Below are positions 62,357 to 64,000 of a stretch of 64,000 nt of DNA, one piece after another. A program made the position numbers and the translations under genes. Under the pieces are notes generated by a model. That model searched no databases and was not told the origin of the DNA. It saw nothing but the letters and a program-made list of their open reading frames with translations. Source of the stretch: an uncultured delta proteobacterium (GTDB lineage: Bacteria; Desulfobacterota; Binatia; UBA9968); the NCBI GenBank assembly GCA_963804165.1, contig CAWDPO010000010.1:1-64000 (forward strand), written 5' to 3'. The stretch's first letter is position 1. Every line of letters starts with the position of its first letter.

Positions 62357-63547
62357 CTATTGATCGGCCAGATGAAAATATTTCACCGCGTTGCCCACGG
62401 TCATTTTCCATAGCTCATTTTCGCTAACGCCGGCGAAATTTTCCGCGATCACTTTTCGCGAGTTCGGCCAGTCGGATTCGAGATGAGGAAAATCGCTCGC
62501 CCACATGACATTGTCGACGCCCATCTCCTGGCGCGCGATGCGCACGCCGACCGGATTGCGATTGAATCCCCAGTGGCAGTGCTCGCGCGCGTATTCGCTC
62601 GGCATGCGCTTGAGCCGCGGCAAGCCCAAAACGCGCTCCGCCCAGAATTGCTGCCTGCCGTACTCATTGTCCATCTGATCCATCCAGTTGGGCACCCAAC
62701 CGATCTGCACTTCCGCCACATAGATATATAACTTCGGGAAGCGCTCGAAAGCGCCGCCCCAAATCATCTGCACGACTTGTTTGCTGCCGCGGAAACCGTA
62801 TTTATTGAATCGCTCGATCACGTCCGGCACGTGATGCTCGGGATCGGTCTGGCGCGGATACTTGAACGACCGCCCGGTGGCTGCGGGCTGGCCGCGTCCC
62901 CGCCGTGGAAATCCGAACTCGACATGAATCGTCAGGGCCACGTTGAGATCGACCGCCGCGGCCCAAAAGCGATCGTCGCCCACGGTCGGATGCCCGTTGC
63001 CGGCGGGAAAGTTGTCGATGGCAACGGCTTTAAGACCGCTTTTCGCGCAGTGTTCCAACTCGGCGACGGCATCGTCGATATTGGTAATCGGAATGACGCC
63101 GATACCGATCAGCCGTTCCGGCGCGCAGGAGCAGTATTCTTCAGAAAGCCAATCGTTGTACGCGCGCACGACCGCTTTGTAAGCGTCGTCGTTACGAATG
63201 CCGCGCCAAAACCCCGGCCCGACGTTACCCGGAAACAACACTTCAGCATCGACGCCGTCTCTATCCTGTTCGCGCAAACGTTGCTCCGGCGATCCGGTAC
63301 CAGGTGAGTTCTCGTAGTTGTTGCCGGGAAGAGGATCGAAGGGCCGGCGCTCTTCGTAGGGCATGCCACAGGAAATATTCGAAATTAAGCGCTCCAGCGG
63401 CTGGCCTTCTTGCAGAACCGCCAGCGTCCCATCTTCCAAGGTGATAACTTTGGGCGCGCGGTCACGAAACTTCTCCGCAACCCGCTTGGCATAGCGGTCG
63501 GGCCGGATCTCCAAATGAGAGTCGGCGGATATGCATTTGTACTTCAT
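62357..63547 (-). CDS. Amidohydrolase_2 family protein
   Basis: ISADSH, QDRDGVDAEVLFP, AYNDWL.EEYC, MWASDFPH. Confidence 0.88.
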   Translation of the reverse strand: MKYKCISADSHLEIRPDRYAKRVAEKFRDRAPKVITLEDGTLAVLQEGQPLERLISNISCGMPYEERRPFDPLPGNNYENSPGTGSPEQRLREQDRDGVDAEVLFPGNVGPGFWRGIRNDDAYKAVVRAYNDWLSEEYCSCAPERLIGIGVIPITNIDDAVAELEHCAKSGLKAVAIDNFPAGNGHPTVGDDRFWAAAVDLNVALTIHVEFGFPRRGRGQPAATGRSFKYPRQTDPEHHVPDVIERFNKYGFRGSKQVVQMIWGGAFERFPKLYIYVAEVQIGWVPNWMDQMDNEYGRQQFWAERVLGLPRLKRMPSEYAREHCHWGFNRNPVGVRIARQEMGVDNVMWASDFPHLESDWPNSRKVIAENFAGVSENELWKMTVGNAVKYFHLADQ

Positions 63548-63891
63548 AAATCCTCTTGTAATCGAATCAGCGCCCGAATTACACCCGGCGTCGAAGGTTG
63601 TCAACGTCAGCAAACAAATTCCTTGCTGGACACCGGAAAATCAGCACAAACGACCGGTCACTCATTGCACCTCATTTGACGCGGAATAAATCGCGATGTT
63701 ATGAACCAAGTGTACTAGTGGACTGAATCAGGTGACTGGCGTCTACCGTTCATGGTTCGGAAACCTCACCACGAACGGTTTTTCCTTAGTCCGCTCGCCC
63801 TGAGCGCGTCGAAGGGTCTAAAATAGACAGACGCGAATCAACTGTTACAGTTCATCTGGTCGCAACCAACGCAGAGAGCGAGGACCTTCCC

Positions 63892-64000
63892 ATGCAAACC
63901 ATCGACGCCGACGCGCATGTCCTGGAAACCGAACAGACCTGGGAATCTATGGACGGCGCGGAGCGCAAATACCGGCCGCAGATCGTCGGAGCGACCGGCG
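63892..64000 (+). CDS. Amidohydrolase family protein, 3'-partial
   Basis: MQTIDADAHVLE after an aggac RBS; runs off the window. Confidence 0.72.
   Translation, partial: MQTIDADAHVLETEQTWESMDGAERKYRPQIVGATG

Noticed and set aside
1-64000. Many frameshifted genes as pseudogenes or programmed frameshifts
   Set aside because: Single-base indels, several in homopolymers, are scattered over unrelated genes with otherwise intact motifs. Long-read consensus error is most likely; read polishing would settle it.
1-64000. tRNA, rRNA or prophage genes
   Set aside because: None recognised by eye; tRNAscan-SE and Infernal would be needed to exclude small RNAs.

Overview
GC-rich bacterial chromosome segment. 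Its expanded solute-binding-protein families resemble Candidatus Binatia/Deltaproteobacteria-type genomes (inference only). Many single-base frameshifts look like long-read assembly errors. Contents: (1) aromatic-acid catabolism genes (hcrAB-like reductase, two UbiD decarboxylases, a CoA ligase, a Rieske oxygenase, a gentisate dioxygenase-like cupin, amidohydrolases); (2) 12 TctC/Bug-type receptor genes, 11 of them in one array around a single tctA-tctB pair; (3) two CTAG-targeting IS elements and toxin-antitoxin modules; (4) an integron-like cassette region with no intI gene, whose first unit is a tyrosine recombinase plus IS91-type HUH transposase bounded by a GTT core site and an attC-like hairpin, followed by cassettes including aac(3)-I, with a duplicated palindromic attI/promoter-like site; (5) a GrdE/GrdB-like reductase pair with an in-frame UGA and a SECIS-like hairpin; (6) three islands each bracketed by a duplicated 3' end of a protein-coding gene; (7) many intergenic palindromes with 7-, 8- or 9-bp periodic arms, plus nested MITEs. 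All calls come from reading the sequence; no searches were run.
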